Assembly: GCA_964016885.1 (NCBI GenBank)
Contig: OZ024740.1
Coordinates: forward strand, 100,440,001-100,504,000
Origin: Eledone cirrhosa
Lineage: Eukaryota
Length of the DNA: 64,000 nucleotides
Direction of reading: 5' to 3'
Shown here: piece after piece, positions 25,475 through 39,429 of the stretch
Numbering within the stretch: position 1 is the stretch's first letter
Layout of the letters: each line of letters begins with the position of its first letter
Made by a program: the position numbers and the translations under genes
Notes under the pieces: generated by a model
The model's database searches: none
The model's input: the letters and a program-made list of their open reading frames with translations, nothing else
Told to the model about the DNA's origin: nothing

Positions 25475-26349
25475 ATATAAGAAATTCCTATCTTATAGAG
25501 CAAGGTCTGCAAAACAAACCTACAATTAAACTGCATATTTTAGAGAAATAGTGTACTATACGAGATGCATACAAACACAATTTAAAAACATCAATTCAGT
25601 TGCTATTTGTAACAAGTCAAGCGACAATGTAGAGGCTCTTTTGTTTACTTATTTGTTTGTTGATTAAATTAGTTATAACAGGACTTGATCTCGAAGCTAA
25701 AAACTATCCAATTCCTAAGTGAAAAAATCTAGTTATTTCCCTGCATCTTTTCATATGATCAGTGACACCTGTATTTATTTTATCACCTCTGGAGAGATGA
25801 TAGACTTAGAAAAATTTCAGAAGACTAGAGCAAAGTTTCATTCACAAGAGTCAAGTAAGTGAATAGTCAAAATTTTCAATGGAAATTTCTGCCTCAAATA
25901 TTAGATATTTCTTGTCTAAATGTTATACCAACACAGCTTAGCTCTTGCGTATTTTATTCAGTCAATCTTAGCAATATTTTCATTTGTTATTATCTTCATA
26001 ATTTCACTTGAGTTCAGGCACACGCATCCAATTATTTGACCTTGACTATACTTCTTCCAATCATTTCCTTAAGGAATTTCCAGAAATTGAGAAAGACATT
26101 ATTTGAATATAAAAGAAATTAAGTATTACCTTAAAAAAAGAAAATAATCAACACACGCACACATACATTCCATATATGTACACACATACATATATATATA
26201 TGTATATAGGCACCCATTTACATGCATTGTATTGAAGCGAATAATATGTGTCTACACTGGAAGTTAATTAAACATTTCCTATTGAGTATGCTGAGATGCA
26301 ACCAGTTCTAGCAGTGAAACCCATGCCAGTTCCAACAACCTTTTATATA

Positions 26350-29300
26350 TATGCGTTTGTTTAATTATGGTCGAATCTGTAGGACCATTATATAAATAAC
26401 CTCGTTAGCTTGGACGTGAGGAAGTTGATGTTTGTTGTGTTCAAGAGACTAGGTGGTGGGGTGGGTCTGCTAGATTCATTGTGGGTAAAAAACGATGTTA
26501 TAAACTTTTCTGTGTGGGAATGACAATGGGCTGGGTGGAGTAGGAATTATGTTAGCAGAAAAAGGGTAGATAAGGTAATTGACGTAAATAGAGTGAATGA
26601 CAGAATAATTAAAATAAGACATGTCCTAAATAGAACTACTGTGATGATAAAATCCGCTTATGCACCCCAATCTGGACTGCCTGGTGTTATAAATGACAGA
26701 TTCTATGAGTCTCTAATGCTCACTACCTACCAAATAACGGACAGTGACTACATAATTATTGCTTGCGAATTAAATGGTCATGTTGGACAACATTGTGACG
26801 GCTATGACGGAATCCATGAAGGCTATGGGTTTGGTACTAGAAATGAGGAAGGCTTCAGAAACCTGGAATTCTGTGATGCTAATAACCTAACTATCTGTAG
26901 AGGCCAACAGTGGAACTAAATCCACCATCCGGTCTTTGCGAGACCTGGATGGACGGGCGATTCTTGAGCCTAAGCAGATGTGTGAGGCCTTTCAAAGGCA
27001 CTTTGCCCGACTGTTCGGGAGGGGCGGGGAGCCGGTTGGGAACGTGGACTTCGGTCCATACCTCGACGGCCTGCCGCGTCTCTCGGACAGGGAGGCGAAG
27101 TCCTGCGAGGAGCTGATTTCGGCCGCTGAGATAGAGGACGTGCTGAGCCAATGCGGCAAACGCAAATCCCCGGGTCTCGATGGTCTTCCTTACGAATTAT
27201 ATCTAGCTATGCCGGACTTGTTCCCCGATCTCCTCGAGGCGGTCTACTGCAACTGGCAACAGAACGGGAGAATTCCCTGTACTGTGACCAAGGGCGTAGT
27301 CACGCTAGTGAGGAAGGACGAGAACAAGGGGGACGAAATAAGTAACTTCAGGCCCATAACTCTGCTAAATACAGAGTTACAGATTTTGGCCAAGGTGCTA
27401 GCAAAGAGGTTGGCGCTTGTCGTGGGCAACCTGGTGGGAGATGCGCAGACATGCGCTATCCCGTCCAGGTCCATCCATGACAACCTCCACCTCATGCGAT
27501 ACATCATAGAGAGGGTTGGGAACGAACCCGGCTTTGGTGGGGCTCTGATCAACTTGGATCAATCTAAGGCGTTCGATAGGGTCGACCATGGTTACCTGGA
27601 TGCGGTGCTAGCTGCGGCAGGCTTCGGACCCGTTTTCAGGGGCTGGATCACTGCTATGCACAGCAGCCGGATCTGCTCTAGGGTCAAGGTGAACGGCTAC
27701 CTCTCGGAGCCGTTCAAAATCGCGCGGTCCATCCGACAAGGGTGCCCTCTCTCCTCCCTTCTGTATGTGTTGACTCTCGAGCCACTACTGCGGAAGTTGG
27801 AGTTGTTGCAGGGCATCCCTTTGCAACCGGGATTGCGGAAAGCGGTGTCGGCCTACGCCGATGACGTGACAGTAATGGTGTCGACGGCCTCCGAAATCGA
27901 GGCGGTCGGCACCTTACTGGAGGAGTACGAAAGGTTCACAGGGGCTAAGCTGAACCGGGACAAGTCGATCGGTTTGCAACTCGGCACGTGGAGGGGCAGA
28001 CCGATGCCCTCCGATGGCGTCGTCGGACGCTGGAGGGAGGGCCCGGTGAAGTTGCTCGGGGTCTGGCTCGGACCGGACCTCCAGGTGGAGAAGAACTAGG
28101 CAGAGGTTACGAACAGGGTGTTTGCACTGACCCAGAAGTGGGCCAGTTGCAAACTATCCCTGAAAGGTCGGGCGGAGGTGGCGAACACCTATATAGCGTC
28201 CGTCATCTACTACCGCCTGACCGTAGTACCCTGCCCAAGGGAAACCCTCGCCAAGATGGAGCGCGCGCTCTTCCAATTCCTTTGGAAGAGGCGGACTCCT
28301 ATGGTGAGGAGATCCATCTGCTGTCAACACCCTTCGAAAGCAGGGCTGGGGATGCCGTGGATAATGATGCGTAAGCACGCATTAAGGCTACGGCACCTCT
28401 AAGTATTCCTCACCGGTCAACCGGTGTTTGCCTCGTTTGTGAGACGAACCTGTCCCAGACTCGTCTCACTCACCTAGCTGCAATCCTGGGTCAAGCAAAG
28501 ACCGAGAAAACTGGGCGCCTGGCACACTGAGTGTGCCCAGGCGCTCACCGCCCTCTGGCAGGCGGATCCGGTTATCAGTGGAGACTCCACCGCAACATTC
28601 TATAGAGGGCTGGTACGCAGCAGGTGCAACGACGCCCTCGGAGAAGCCCTAGACATGGAGGAGGACGAACTGGCCAGCCTGTTCGGTAGGACATTCAGCC
28701 CGGGACCTATGGACAACTTCCAGAAGTCCCTGGCCTGGCAGTGCTACCGAGGGGCTCTACCCGTTCGAGAAAAGCTCTACAGACACGGGCGCCCGGGTAG
28801 GGACCCCGACAAAAAGATCTGTCCCAGATGCGTGTGCGACAGGGAAACCGTCGCACACGCATTGGTACACTTCTCGGGCGTAGCCGATCTGTGGGGCTAT
28901 GTCGAACAACTGCTGTCAAGGGTGGGACCGATCCGGTTAATCACCGAGTCTATTGTAATGATCAAGCCGCCCCCCCCCTTCAAAGATGAAGGAGAGGCGG
29001 TATTTCTGTGCGTAATAGCCATGGTGATAGAAGTTGTATGGTGGACGCGTCTGAAAGGACTGAGGTCAGGCACCTTTCTCTCTGGCCAACAACTGGTCCG
29101 TTTCTTCCGATATCATTTCGGAAGAAGGATCAGGATGGAGAGAGAGGTGCTCCACCCCAGTCGCTTTTATGAAAGATGGGTGAAAGGGGCGAGAATGGCC
29201 CGTGTGAATGGGCCTTCTCTTTACATAAGCCTGTAGGTGGAAAAGAGGAAGGAATGAGGGAGCACCCCCTCTCTGTGCTCCTGAGGAAAAGGGTTGCACA

Positions 29301-32300
29301 CTTTTTTCGGGGGTGTGTGCAACTCCCCAAGGCGCCTCCTCTCTATTGAGGATTTTGTTATAAATTTTATTTTTTGTTATATTTTATTTTATTTTTATAC
29401 ATTGTTATTGCCTCCTCCTTATTGTGTAAACTCACCCCATTGTACTTGTCCCACTTTTGATGCCCTGGTGGCAAATAAAAGAAACATATCTGTAACACAA
29501 ACTTCAAAATACGAGACAATCACTTGATCACCTATAGATCAGGGGAACACGTCAGTCAGATAGATTATATCCTTACCAAAAGACATGACAGAGTGTCTGT
29601 TGTAAACACTAAACCCTCCCCATGAAGAATGCACCTCCCAACATAGCCTCATAGTTAGTGACCTCATAGTCAGGACGAGATGTACTCGACAACAGAGGAG
29701 GACTACCCTGAGGAGAAGAATATTGAAGTTAAAGGACCCCACAGCCAGTAACAAATTTCAAAGCATATTACTTGATGCTTTTGACAGTAAGGAAGAGCAA
29801 TTAGAGATATACAATATAGAGAAACAGTGGGAATTCCTGAAAGCTCACCTGCTGAAGGCGGCAGATGAAGTCTGTGGCTGGAGCAGATCTATAGGCAGGA
29901 GGAGAGTAAGATGGTGGTGGAACAGTAAGGTGGAGGAGTCAATCAAGGCCAAAAAGTAGCCTTGGAAAGTATGGCAGGATGGGGGAAGTAGAGAAGACTA
30001 TCAAGTAGCCAGGAGGGAAGCTAGGAGACAAGTGCACTTTGCAAGAAGGGAAGCAGAGGAAAGAAAGTTCAAGCATGTTCTACAATGCGAGGACCAAAAT
30101 CGTGAGGTGTTCAGGATTGCTAGACAATGTGTCAAGGAGAATCGTGATATTGTCAGGAAGAAGTGTGTCCATAATGATGATGGTGTACTTGCCATCACTG
30201 ACGCTGATAAGAAGGTCACTTGGAAGTGTCACTATGAGAGGCTACTAAATGAGGAGAATAAATGGGAAAAAGATAGTCTGCCCTAAATCGATCCAATAGA
30301 GGGACCAGTGGTGCAAGTTGAAGGTAGTATAATAGGTAAGGCAATGAAAGATGTGAAGATAGGCAAGGCAGCTGGGCCTTCGGAGATAGTTGCTGAAATG
30401 CTGAAAGCATCTGGAATGGTGGGACACACTATGGTCACCCGGATTGTAAACCAAGTCATACAGAATGGGGTCATACCAAATGACTGGCGTAGCAGCATCA
30501 TTAACTGCTATAAGGGTAAAGGAGATGCCCTAGATAGGGGAAACTATAGAGGCATTAAATTAATTGACCAGGTCATGAAGGTCACAGAAGAAGTTATAGC
30601 ACAACTAATCAGAGAGCGAATTGATATAGATGAAATGCAGTTTGGGTTTGTGTCAGGTAAAAGTACCACAGACGCCCTTTTCCTTGTACGACAACTATAG
30701 GAGAAGTACCTAGCTAAAAGTAAACCTCTATATTTAGCTTTTGTTGACTTGGAGAAAGCCTTTGACAGAGTCCCCCGCTCCATTATCTGATCGGCTCTTA
30801 GAAAACTAGGTGTTGATGAATGGCTTGTGAGAGCTATATAAGCCATATATAATGAAACAGTCAGCAAGTTTAGAATTTACAACGAATATAGTGAAGAATT
30901 TAGCGTGAAAATTGGTGTTCATTAGGGCTCGGTCCTTAGTCCCCTCTATTATAGCCCTTCAGGCTATAATATAGGAGTTCAAGACCGGCTGCCCATGGGA
31001 ACTTCTACATGAGAGATTGAACGCTCATAGCTGAATCAATGGCTGAACTAGAGAAGAAATTCCAAACATGGAAGCATGGCCTAGAATCAAAAGGCCTTAA
31101 AGTTAACTTGTCTAAGACTAAAGTTCTAGTATGTAGGAAGGAAAATAGGGCACAGCTCCCCTCTGGGAAATGGCCATGCTCAGTGTGTAGGAAAGGAGTA
31201 GGCAGAAATTCCATTTATGTCCCAAATGCAAAGTCTGGGTGCATAAAAGATGTAGTGGGATGACAGGTAAGCTATCCAAGAACAGATTTTATATGTGGCC
31301 AGTGCTCAGGTGCAATAAGTAGAAAGTGCCCACAGGATATTAGCTCCTTCTATTGCCTAGATGGTTCTATAGAAATAGTGGACACCTTCCGTTACCTGGG
31401 TGACAAAATCAGCAGTGGTGTATGTTGCTCTGAAAGTACAGTAGCCAGAGTCAGAACGGGATGGAAAAAGTTCAGAGAGCTTATACCACTATTGACCACT
31501 AAAGTTTTCTCTCTAAAAATGAAATGCAGACTGTATGATACCTGCATACTAACAGCTATGTTACATGGACATTGTGTGCAGAGGATCTGCGCAGACTGGA
31601 GAGGAACGAAGCATGCATACTCCGTTGAATGTGTAATAGTAATATATGTGAACGGCAAAGCATGAATGAACTAAGTGAGAAATTAGGAATAAGAGGGATC
31701 AGATGCTGTTTACTCGAGGGAAGACTACGTTGGTATGGTCACGTGATGTTCATGAAAGACGACAGCTGTATAAAAAAGTGCAGGGTGATCAAAATTGATG
31801 GAAGTTACAGAGTAGGCAACCCAGAAAATCCTGGGACGATTTGATAAATTCCGACCTTACACACTTACACCTCTCTAAGACAATGTCACTGGACCAAGAT
31901 CTTTGGCGCTACGCAGTAATACAGAAGACCCACCTTGCCTATGTACAAAGCGAAACCTACACTCAGTAGGCACCTCTCAACCAAATATACACTCCTGTCC
32001 CACTACCCCAACTCCACCCACACCCCCATCAACACCACCCCTTTCTCTGTAATTAGTTATGTTGGTACCACAACATCCAGTCCAAAATAAATGAGGTTGT
32101 GTAGGTGTCACAACAAAAAACACACAGTCCACGCCGTAATGTGGCTCTGTAGGTAACACTGTAAAAACCTCCCAGTTCACACTGTAAACGTGGTTGGTGT
32201 TATGAAGGGTATCCAGCCATATGAAACCTGCTAGACAGTCCTATACGAGCGAGACGACCAATCTTGCCTCAGGTGGGACAATTCCCGTTAGACCCATGCT

Positions 32301-32336
32301 AGCATGGAAGATAGACATTAAACGATGATGATGATA
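26350..32336 (+). mobile_element. RTE-clade LINE copy 3, near full length, degenerate, interrupted by a Tx1-like LINE
   Basis: Endonuclease, RT, WPCSVC finger, LRWYGHV motif and (GAT)n tail. Closely similar to copy 1. Confidence 0.94.
26900..29486 (+). mobile_element. 5'-truncated L1/Tx1-like LINE (ORF2 RT, C-terminal zinc finger, 3'UTR)
   Basis: KSPGLDGL, FRPITLLN, DQSKAFDRV, RQGCPLS, AYADD, CPRC..ETVAH, with three in-frame stops. TSD TATCTGTA at 26892-26899 and 29487-29494. GC-rich. Confidence 0.93.
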
Positions 32337-33051
32337 TATAGTAGAGTGTTTTATATCAGCAGTTAATATCTTGAAATATTCCCCACTTCTTACTGGCTTA
32401 ATGAATAGGTGAATAAAAAGGAAAGTATGACTAAATTCTGCCAGTTATTGCAAATTATTACACCTGTTATAACACACTTACAGCCAGATAGAGATATATA
32501 TTTCTTCTGATATATTACATCTTCTAAACCATTTCGTTTTACATTTGTTGTTGGTTGTGGCAGATTTACAGTTAGATCGAATGTGTAGGCAGATACAGAA
32601 TTTCAAAGGAATAATATTTTGTGAGAAAATGCTATGAGGATGTTTAAGGGACTTGAGGAGGAAAGACAAGTGTAGAAGTGAAGAAAGACACAAAGCAAGT
32701 AGAGAAGAATATATGGATGGACAGGGTGGGTTTGAGTTGAGATAGAATTGTGAGAAAAAGTTATCTCTCATTGTATAAGCTGTAAAAAACGAAACAGAGT
32801 ATATTCATAGTTACAGGGAGTTGGTAGTCACAGGGAGACGGTGAATTAAGACTTATCAATCACATTGCAGATCTTTTGATGTAAACTACAGTACATGATT
32901 GTATATGTATAGTGATTGCTTCTATCTCAGATATATAAGCCAGAGATATTTCTGCTTTATTGCAGTGTTATCAAAACTTCAGGACTGAGATATTTTCTGC
33001 CTTTGAATTTTTGTTATTATTATTATTATTAGGTTATTATTATTATTATAA

Positions 33052-33250
33052 GGGCGGTGGATTGGCAGTATCGGTGGAGGGTTGGACGCCATGCTTTCCA
33101 GCATAGTTACGTCCCTTTACGATTTGAGTTCAATTCCCGCCGAGGTTGACTTTGCCTTTCATCCTTACGGGATCGATAAAATAAAGTACCAGTAATGCAC
33201 TGGGTAATTGCTGGCCTTGTGCCTAAAGTAGAAACAATTATTATTATTAT
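33052..33250 (+). mobile_element. Meta-like tRNA SINE, full length, within (ATT)n
   Basis: Same family as 23659; ATT repeats on both sides. Confidence 0.88.
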
Positions 33251-33967
33251 TCACTGGATGGTGGTGAAGTAATTGGTGGAAAGTGTAGAGTTAATATGAT
33301 CTCTTATGTTTACTGTGAACATAGGGAATAGCAGAATTTATATTTACACTCCCTTCTTTTCACAGCAGAGCTTCTAATTATTAAAAACTGTACTTATATA
33401 TATATATATAATGAAGGATGTGTGGTAAGGAACCAGATGGACCATAACGCACTCAAGCCGTTTCGACGGCCATCCAAACGGCTTGAGCTCTGCCATCAGG
33501 GTCTTGAACATTTTCCTATATATATACACATTAGATTTATAATAAATCTCATAATAGATGCTGTGTTCTGCATAAATATATAGATTTATCATTTATGTCC
33601 TTGAGCAAGACACTTTATTTCACATTGTTCCTTCTGCCGGGAGTTGTGACCAGTAGATAGTATTAGCAATGGAGAGAACAATGGGAACAAAAGTTTCCTT
33701 AGTCTGATTTGATAAGATCCACCCCACTCAGCAAATGAATGAGATCTGGGATCTTATCAATCAATCAGAGCGAGCAAGCAATTATTTATTTAATTATGTT
33801 ATTAAATTAATGCACATTATGCAAATTAGGCTAACTATTTCAGTTATGTTCTACACCTTGCTTGACACAAATAGCGGCGCTATAATTTCTCTCTATAGGC
33901 AGAACCATATGGGTAAACAATAATTCCTGAAAAATGTAAAGATAATTTTTTGTTTTCTGTAGACAAA

Positions 33968-34410
33968 AATAATGGTTTCTAATTTAAGGTGGGAGAAGTG
34001 AAGGTCGATTAAATCAACTCCACTGCATTACTGGTACTTTATTTTATTAGCCCTGCAAGGATGAACGGTAAAGCTTATCTTGGCGATATTTTAATTCAAA
34101 ATGTAAAGGAATGAGTTTCTATGCCCCAAAACATGATGTCAGACACTTTATCGATACTGCCACTCTAATACCTTCTATAGACAGAAATAATTGTTTCTTA
34201 TATAGGCACAAGGTCAGCAATTTTGAGGGCGGGGAAAGTCAATTTAATCGACCCCAGTGAGTGACTGGTACTTTATTTTATCGATCCAGTAAGGATGAAA
34301 GGCAAAATTAACCTCGGTGGGATTTGAACTCAGATCATAAAGGGCTGTAACCCAATGCTGCAAAGCATGGCTTTTGACCCTCTACTGATACTGCTAATCC
34401 ACTGCTCTTC
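33968..34410 (-). mobile_element. Two stacked Meta-like SINEs with a serial TSD
   Basis: TCTrTAGACArAAATAAT recurs at ~33956, ~34174 and ~34409. Confidence 0.82.
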
Positions 34411-35410
34411 TATAGACAGAAATAATAGTAGGAAGTGTGCTTCTTTCTTTTCTCAGCGAAAGTTTTGAATTCAAAAACTATAGTAATATAAACATTAAAT
34501 TTATCTTTACCAAACTTTCTTCTACATTTATGAATAATTTAATTTTCTTCCAATTATTAAGATACTTTTTCAGACAGTTGTTATTCAGTACATATACTTT
34601 TCAAAAGATTCTTTCCTTATAATAAAGCATTTAGTATTTCTCAACATAGCTGAGAACAATATTTTACCTCTATATTATTTATACTATTTATTCAAAAAGA
34701 AACATTTTTTTCTGTGCGGCTAAAGAACAGGGCAATGATAGTAAGTTTATCATTAATTTCAAGATAGCTGAGAAACCAAGTTAATCTCAACATATTTCTT
34801 AAGAAATATAAAACCAAAACTTCTCTGATTCTGAAATGTCATTCTCTTGCATAGTTAACACTAGTCATTTTTTATTGATATCTTCTTACACTTTCTCCTC
34901 AACCATATTAAGATATTTCATCACCAATGAAATAATTGAATATTACTCTACTTGAGACACATTTTCTGGATCCAAAACTTGAAATAGTTATGAATTAGGG
35001 AATATATTAAAAGATAGAAACCGTTTCTACATTTCCTTGCTTGATATTATATAAATATTTAATGTTTTAAGCTAAAAGTCTTCACAATGTCTGGTTTAGA
35101 TTATTGAAGAATATTCTAGAAAAGAAATACTACTTCTTTCTTCATGATATGCTTCATGTAAAGGAAAGTCAATTGAAGGATTTATTGATGTTATCCTTTA
35201 GTATACTACATATTTTAGTATTTCTCCTTCACTTTTTTTATAGTAAACCGCCCAAAGGCACCCCAGATTCTATAATATAGAACATTTTGTTCTACAAAGT
35301 TTAAAAGACCATAATTGTATGAAAGAACCTATATTGAGATATGTTCCAAACACAAGCTTAATAATGGGAAAGTTAGTTTCATTTTTACATATCCAAAATT
35401 GGCAGTATCC

Positions 35411-35600
35411 CCTGGATTGGCAGTATCGATAGAGGGTCGGACGCCATGCTTTGCAGCAAAGAGTTACGGCCCTTGCCATTCTGAGTTCAAATCCTGCCGA
35501 GGTTGACTTTGCCTTTCATCCTTACGGGGTCGATAAAATAAAGTACCAGTAATACACTGGGTAATTGCTGGCCTTGTGCCAAAAGTAGAAACAATTATTA
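35411..35600 (+). mobile_element. Meta-like tRNA SINE
   Basis: Family match; flanking repeat TTACATATCC(C)AAAATT at ~35385 and ~35597. Confidence 0.87.
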
Positions 35601-35990
35601 CATATCCCAAAATTAATTAAAAAAATTATATGCTGTGTTTTTTTTTTTTTAATTAGAAATGTGGTAATGAAAAAGGTTTATAAAATGAACAATATTACTT
35701 TTCATACTATCATTGACAAAAGAATGTAACCATTGAATTCTAAAGCTCATAGCTAGAAAATTCAAATTTATTTTATTTATATATTAGTTAGAAATACAAA
35801 ATACAATGTCTAACTTTATTGTTGATATAACTATAAATTGATCAAACATACAGAAAAAGAAAACAGTATTGGAAAGAATTATAAATGCCATAAATGAGAG
35901 GAAAAGGAGGGCAAGAGTATAATACAAAGGAAGAAAGAAAGGGGTAAGGGGAGAGGGTGAAAGTCTCTACACTTAAGTCAGAATGGTGTT

Positions 35991-36140
35991 TCATCTGTAC
36001 TCCTCAGACAACATGGCAAAGGCATTTCCTTGGACATTGGCCAGCAACGCCCACTGCAACAGCCACCACATCTTGCAGGGCTCCTTCCTCAGATAGGCTT
36101 CTCTCATTCCTATTTTATGGAAAAATACTTGGATTCTGTC
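35991..36140 (-). mobile_element. CRE-like LINE 3' fragment
   Basis: LRKEPCKMWWLLQWALLANVQGNAFAML...*, same motif as 12581 and 41950. Confidence 0.62.
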
Positions 36141-39100
36141 AAATTTAATAGTGAAGTCACTGAAATGATGTTCTAATGCTACTGAAGTGTGAAAGAGATG
36201 ACAGTAAGCCAATCATTCAGAAGTCTTTCTTCTTGTTGAAGTACAGCTATGATGCAAAATTGTTGTAATTGAACTCAGCGTAAATTTCTGAAATATGAAT
36301 AGCTAATACTAGTCACTTCTTCAAAAGAACTTGGAAGTTAAGATATGCATAAATGCACAAAAATACTGAGATATATTTTTTTCTTCAGAGGACTTTAAAC
36401 AAACATATATAACCCTATCATTACTCTTATATTATTACTTACATAGACTATTAGATTGTTAAATGTGATGTTACATTGTTTCAAACACATATGCACCACA
36501 CACACCACGTGTGTGCACATACACACATACACACATGCACAAACATACACGTACATATATAATTGTCTTATTTTCAATGTTAATTGATAGTCAGATTGTC
36601 AATGTTGCATTTTATCACAACAATCAACACACTATGATGCAATCAGCTTAAGCTCTCCACATCAATTGTACTAAAGTAAGATCTGGGATCAGATAGGCTA
36701 GTACTGACAGAGTATTGGTATTTTAATGAATATGAAGATATGAATCTACTTTTCTATACTTCTGTTTATTAAATACGAAGAACGCTTTTGAATAAATTTT
36801 CAAATTTTTGGTAGAAAATGCACCAGCATATTTTCACTTTTCTAAAACTGTGCCATGAGTAAAAAGTTTTGGTAACCACTAATCTGGATACTAGAACAAT
36901 TTGAAGGTTTTAAATACATATGCACTTTCATGAAAAATTCATATTATTTCCAGGTTTTTCTCATTAATAACATTTAAAAAAATAGTTGTTATTGCTCTAA
37001 CCACAATTCAAAAGAAAATAGGTCATTCTAAAACACTGGTTAATTTTGAACATGATCATGAATTTGAAGAGAATTAATAAAATGTTCAAGATTTTGATTA
37101 ATTTGTATATCAAATCAGTGCCCCATGCATAACAAAATGTTTTCACATAAAATGTTACTAGAATGTTTTTAATTTAAACATGATTATTGCTAAAAATATA
37201 ATTTTGTATCATTCCTAAAAAATATAATTTTGAACCTGAGGAAGTTTCAGGTGGGTTGATATCAAACATGATTTTAGAATCTAGATATGCATTAGATAAA
37301 AAATCTGACAGTTTTGAAATGGTGTGTTTATATTCCACCACAAATATACATATTTCCTCAAGATGGGACTCCAGTCAATTGCAAAGATAACCTCCAGCTA
37401 CTGCTGGTATTTGTGAGCCAAAAACATTAATTATTAGGCCATGTGCCTTCATAAACCTTTTACTAAATTTTCCAAACAGAAACAAATGTATTACATTTGG
37501 TAAAAAGAAATTACCAACCCATGCAAGAGAATTACACTCTAATGAAATTAGCATGCAAGTAGCTGAGCATTCCAGGGTCCCATGTGTCCTTAATGTAGTT
37601 GTTGAGGAAGTTTAGCATGACAAAATGTGACAAGGCTGCCTCTTTTACTTACAGGTATGACTGAGTTTTGCCAGTTGAGTGAACAGGAGGACTGGTTAAT
37701 AAAGTATTACCAGGAATCAAACTCAAAACCTTACGATCATAAGCTGAATACCTCTAATACTGACACCATCACCAACCCATACAATCATGGAGAAACAGAC
37801 ATAAAAATGATAATTATCTTACTCTCTGGCTTCCAACAGAATCGTAGAAGTCCCCATGTCTGATAGCAAATAAAAAATAAAAGTGTTGTCACAACTGGAA
37901 TGCATTTGATTACAGATTTGTTGGGGCAGAGCTGATCAAGAGCTAAACAAGTTTTGTATCATTTATGTATTTCTAACACAAAAATCTGAAAAAAACAATT
38001 CACCAACATATTTAATGTTTTTTTTTTCGATTTAAACAAACTCTTTATGCACATTAAAATTAACAAATAATAGCAAATATAAAAGAATGGTCAGATATAT
38101 ATCTTATAAAAAAAAACATTAGAAATAAAACACACACAGAAACAAAAGCATATGTTCCAAGCAAGATACTAGTCAGTTTTTGGTATTATTTGATACTTGA
38201 TAATCTGATGGGAGTTGATATTGTATAGCACCAAGGTTAGAAGGAATGCACATGTCTAGCAGAAGATGACCAGAAGATGACATTTGGGTATGATTCATTT
38301 TTTTTTAATTTTTTTTTTATCATAAGGAATTTCATTAAAATGTTCAAAACAAAATTCATGGAACTATATATATATTTTATTAATTTATTCCTTTGGTAAA
38401 TATCCAATTACAAGTTATTTGATTGCTGTAGTTATTACTTATAATTTTTCAGAATTTATCTATTAGATTGCTGTCAAAATAAGTTCAATGAAATTATAAA
38501 ATTTGACCATGGTAGCTATAAATTTACTTTGAGATAATTATGCTATTTAAATAATGTTTTTTAAGAATTTTCTGATGTAAGATTATAATCTAATAGCATA
38601 ATACTTCTGGTATCATATTGTCATTGTTCAACAGTAAGTAAAAAATGCTATAATTGCTATTGAAATAATGTCATAATAATTATAACTATAACATTGTATT
38701 AACTACTAATGCAATACCATAGTTACAACTATAATGACATTATATGTATTACTATTATAATGTTATATTTACTACATCTATAACTTCATAGTTATAATTA
38801 TAATGCCATAGTTACTACTTTAACACTACAATTTCTACTACCATATCATCATAGTAATTACTAATATAACAATGGGATAAGGATGCAATTATCACATCCA
38901 TAACATTATATTTATTACTTTCCATCTTATTATATACTTGCAAGATGTGGACATCAGCTTCATTCACCACCTGGCCCTTCACAATCACCTGCAGCCTTAT
39001 TCTCATTTCCCGTACCACCATCACCACTTCACTGCTGTCTCTACAATTCATCTCTCTACCATCAACTGCCCTCATGCTGCTCACTTTACTCCACTTCTTA

Positions 39101-39429
39101 ACCGCCTCTCGGATCACTACCACCTTCGCCTCCACCAGAACCTCTACTACAGGCAGCAACTGTTCACCTGCCTGGGTAGCTACCAGAGCAATAGCACACT
39201 TTTGACCATTTCGCTAGCTGCAATTGGTGATTTGGCTTACCTGTTTATCTGAGTAGCAAATTGGCTTGAGAATTTAAAGCTGTTAAAGTTCTCTTCCCCC
39301 AATGAGATATGCAGCATGCATTTGGAAGTTTAACTCAAACTTCATCTCTAGCCTGTACAGATACAGTTCCTCTCCCTTCAACTACGAATGTGCCAGCTTC
39401 ACCATTGTGTCCTGAAAAGCAACTTTTAC

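Noticed and set aside
32474-32580. Possible minus-strand exon ending GCT|gtaagt
   Set aside because: In-frame stop upstream and no convincing acceptor.
33956-34426. CRISPR-like repeat-spacer appearance
   Set aside because: The repeats are TSDs and the spacers are SINE copies; eukaryotic context with no cas genes.
36249-36293. Possible minus-strand terminal exon (tttcag|..IYAEFNYNNFAS*)
   Set aside because: Too short, no recognisable homology and no partner exons.
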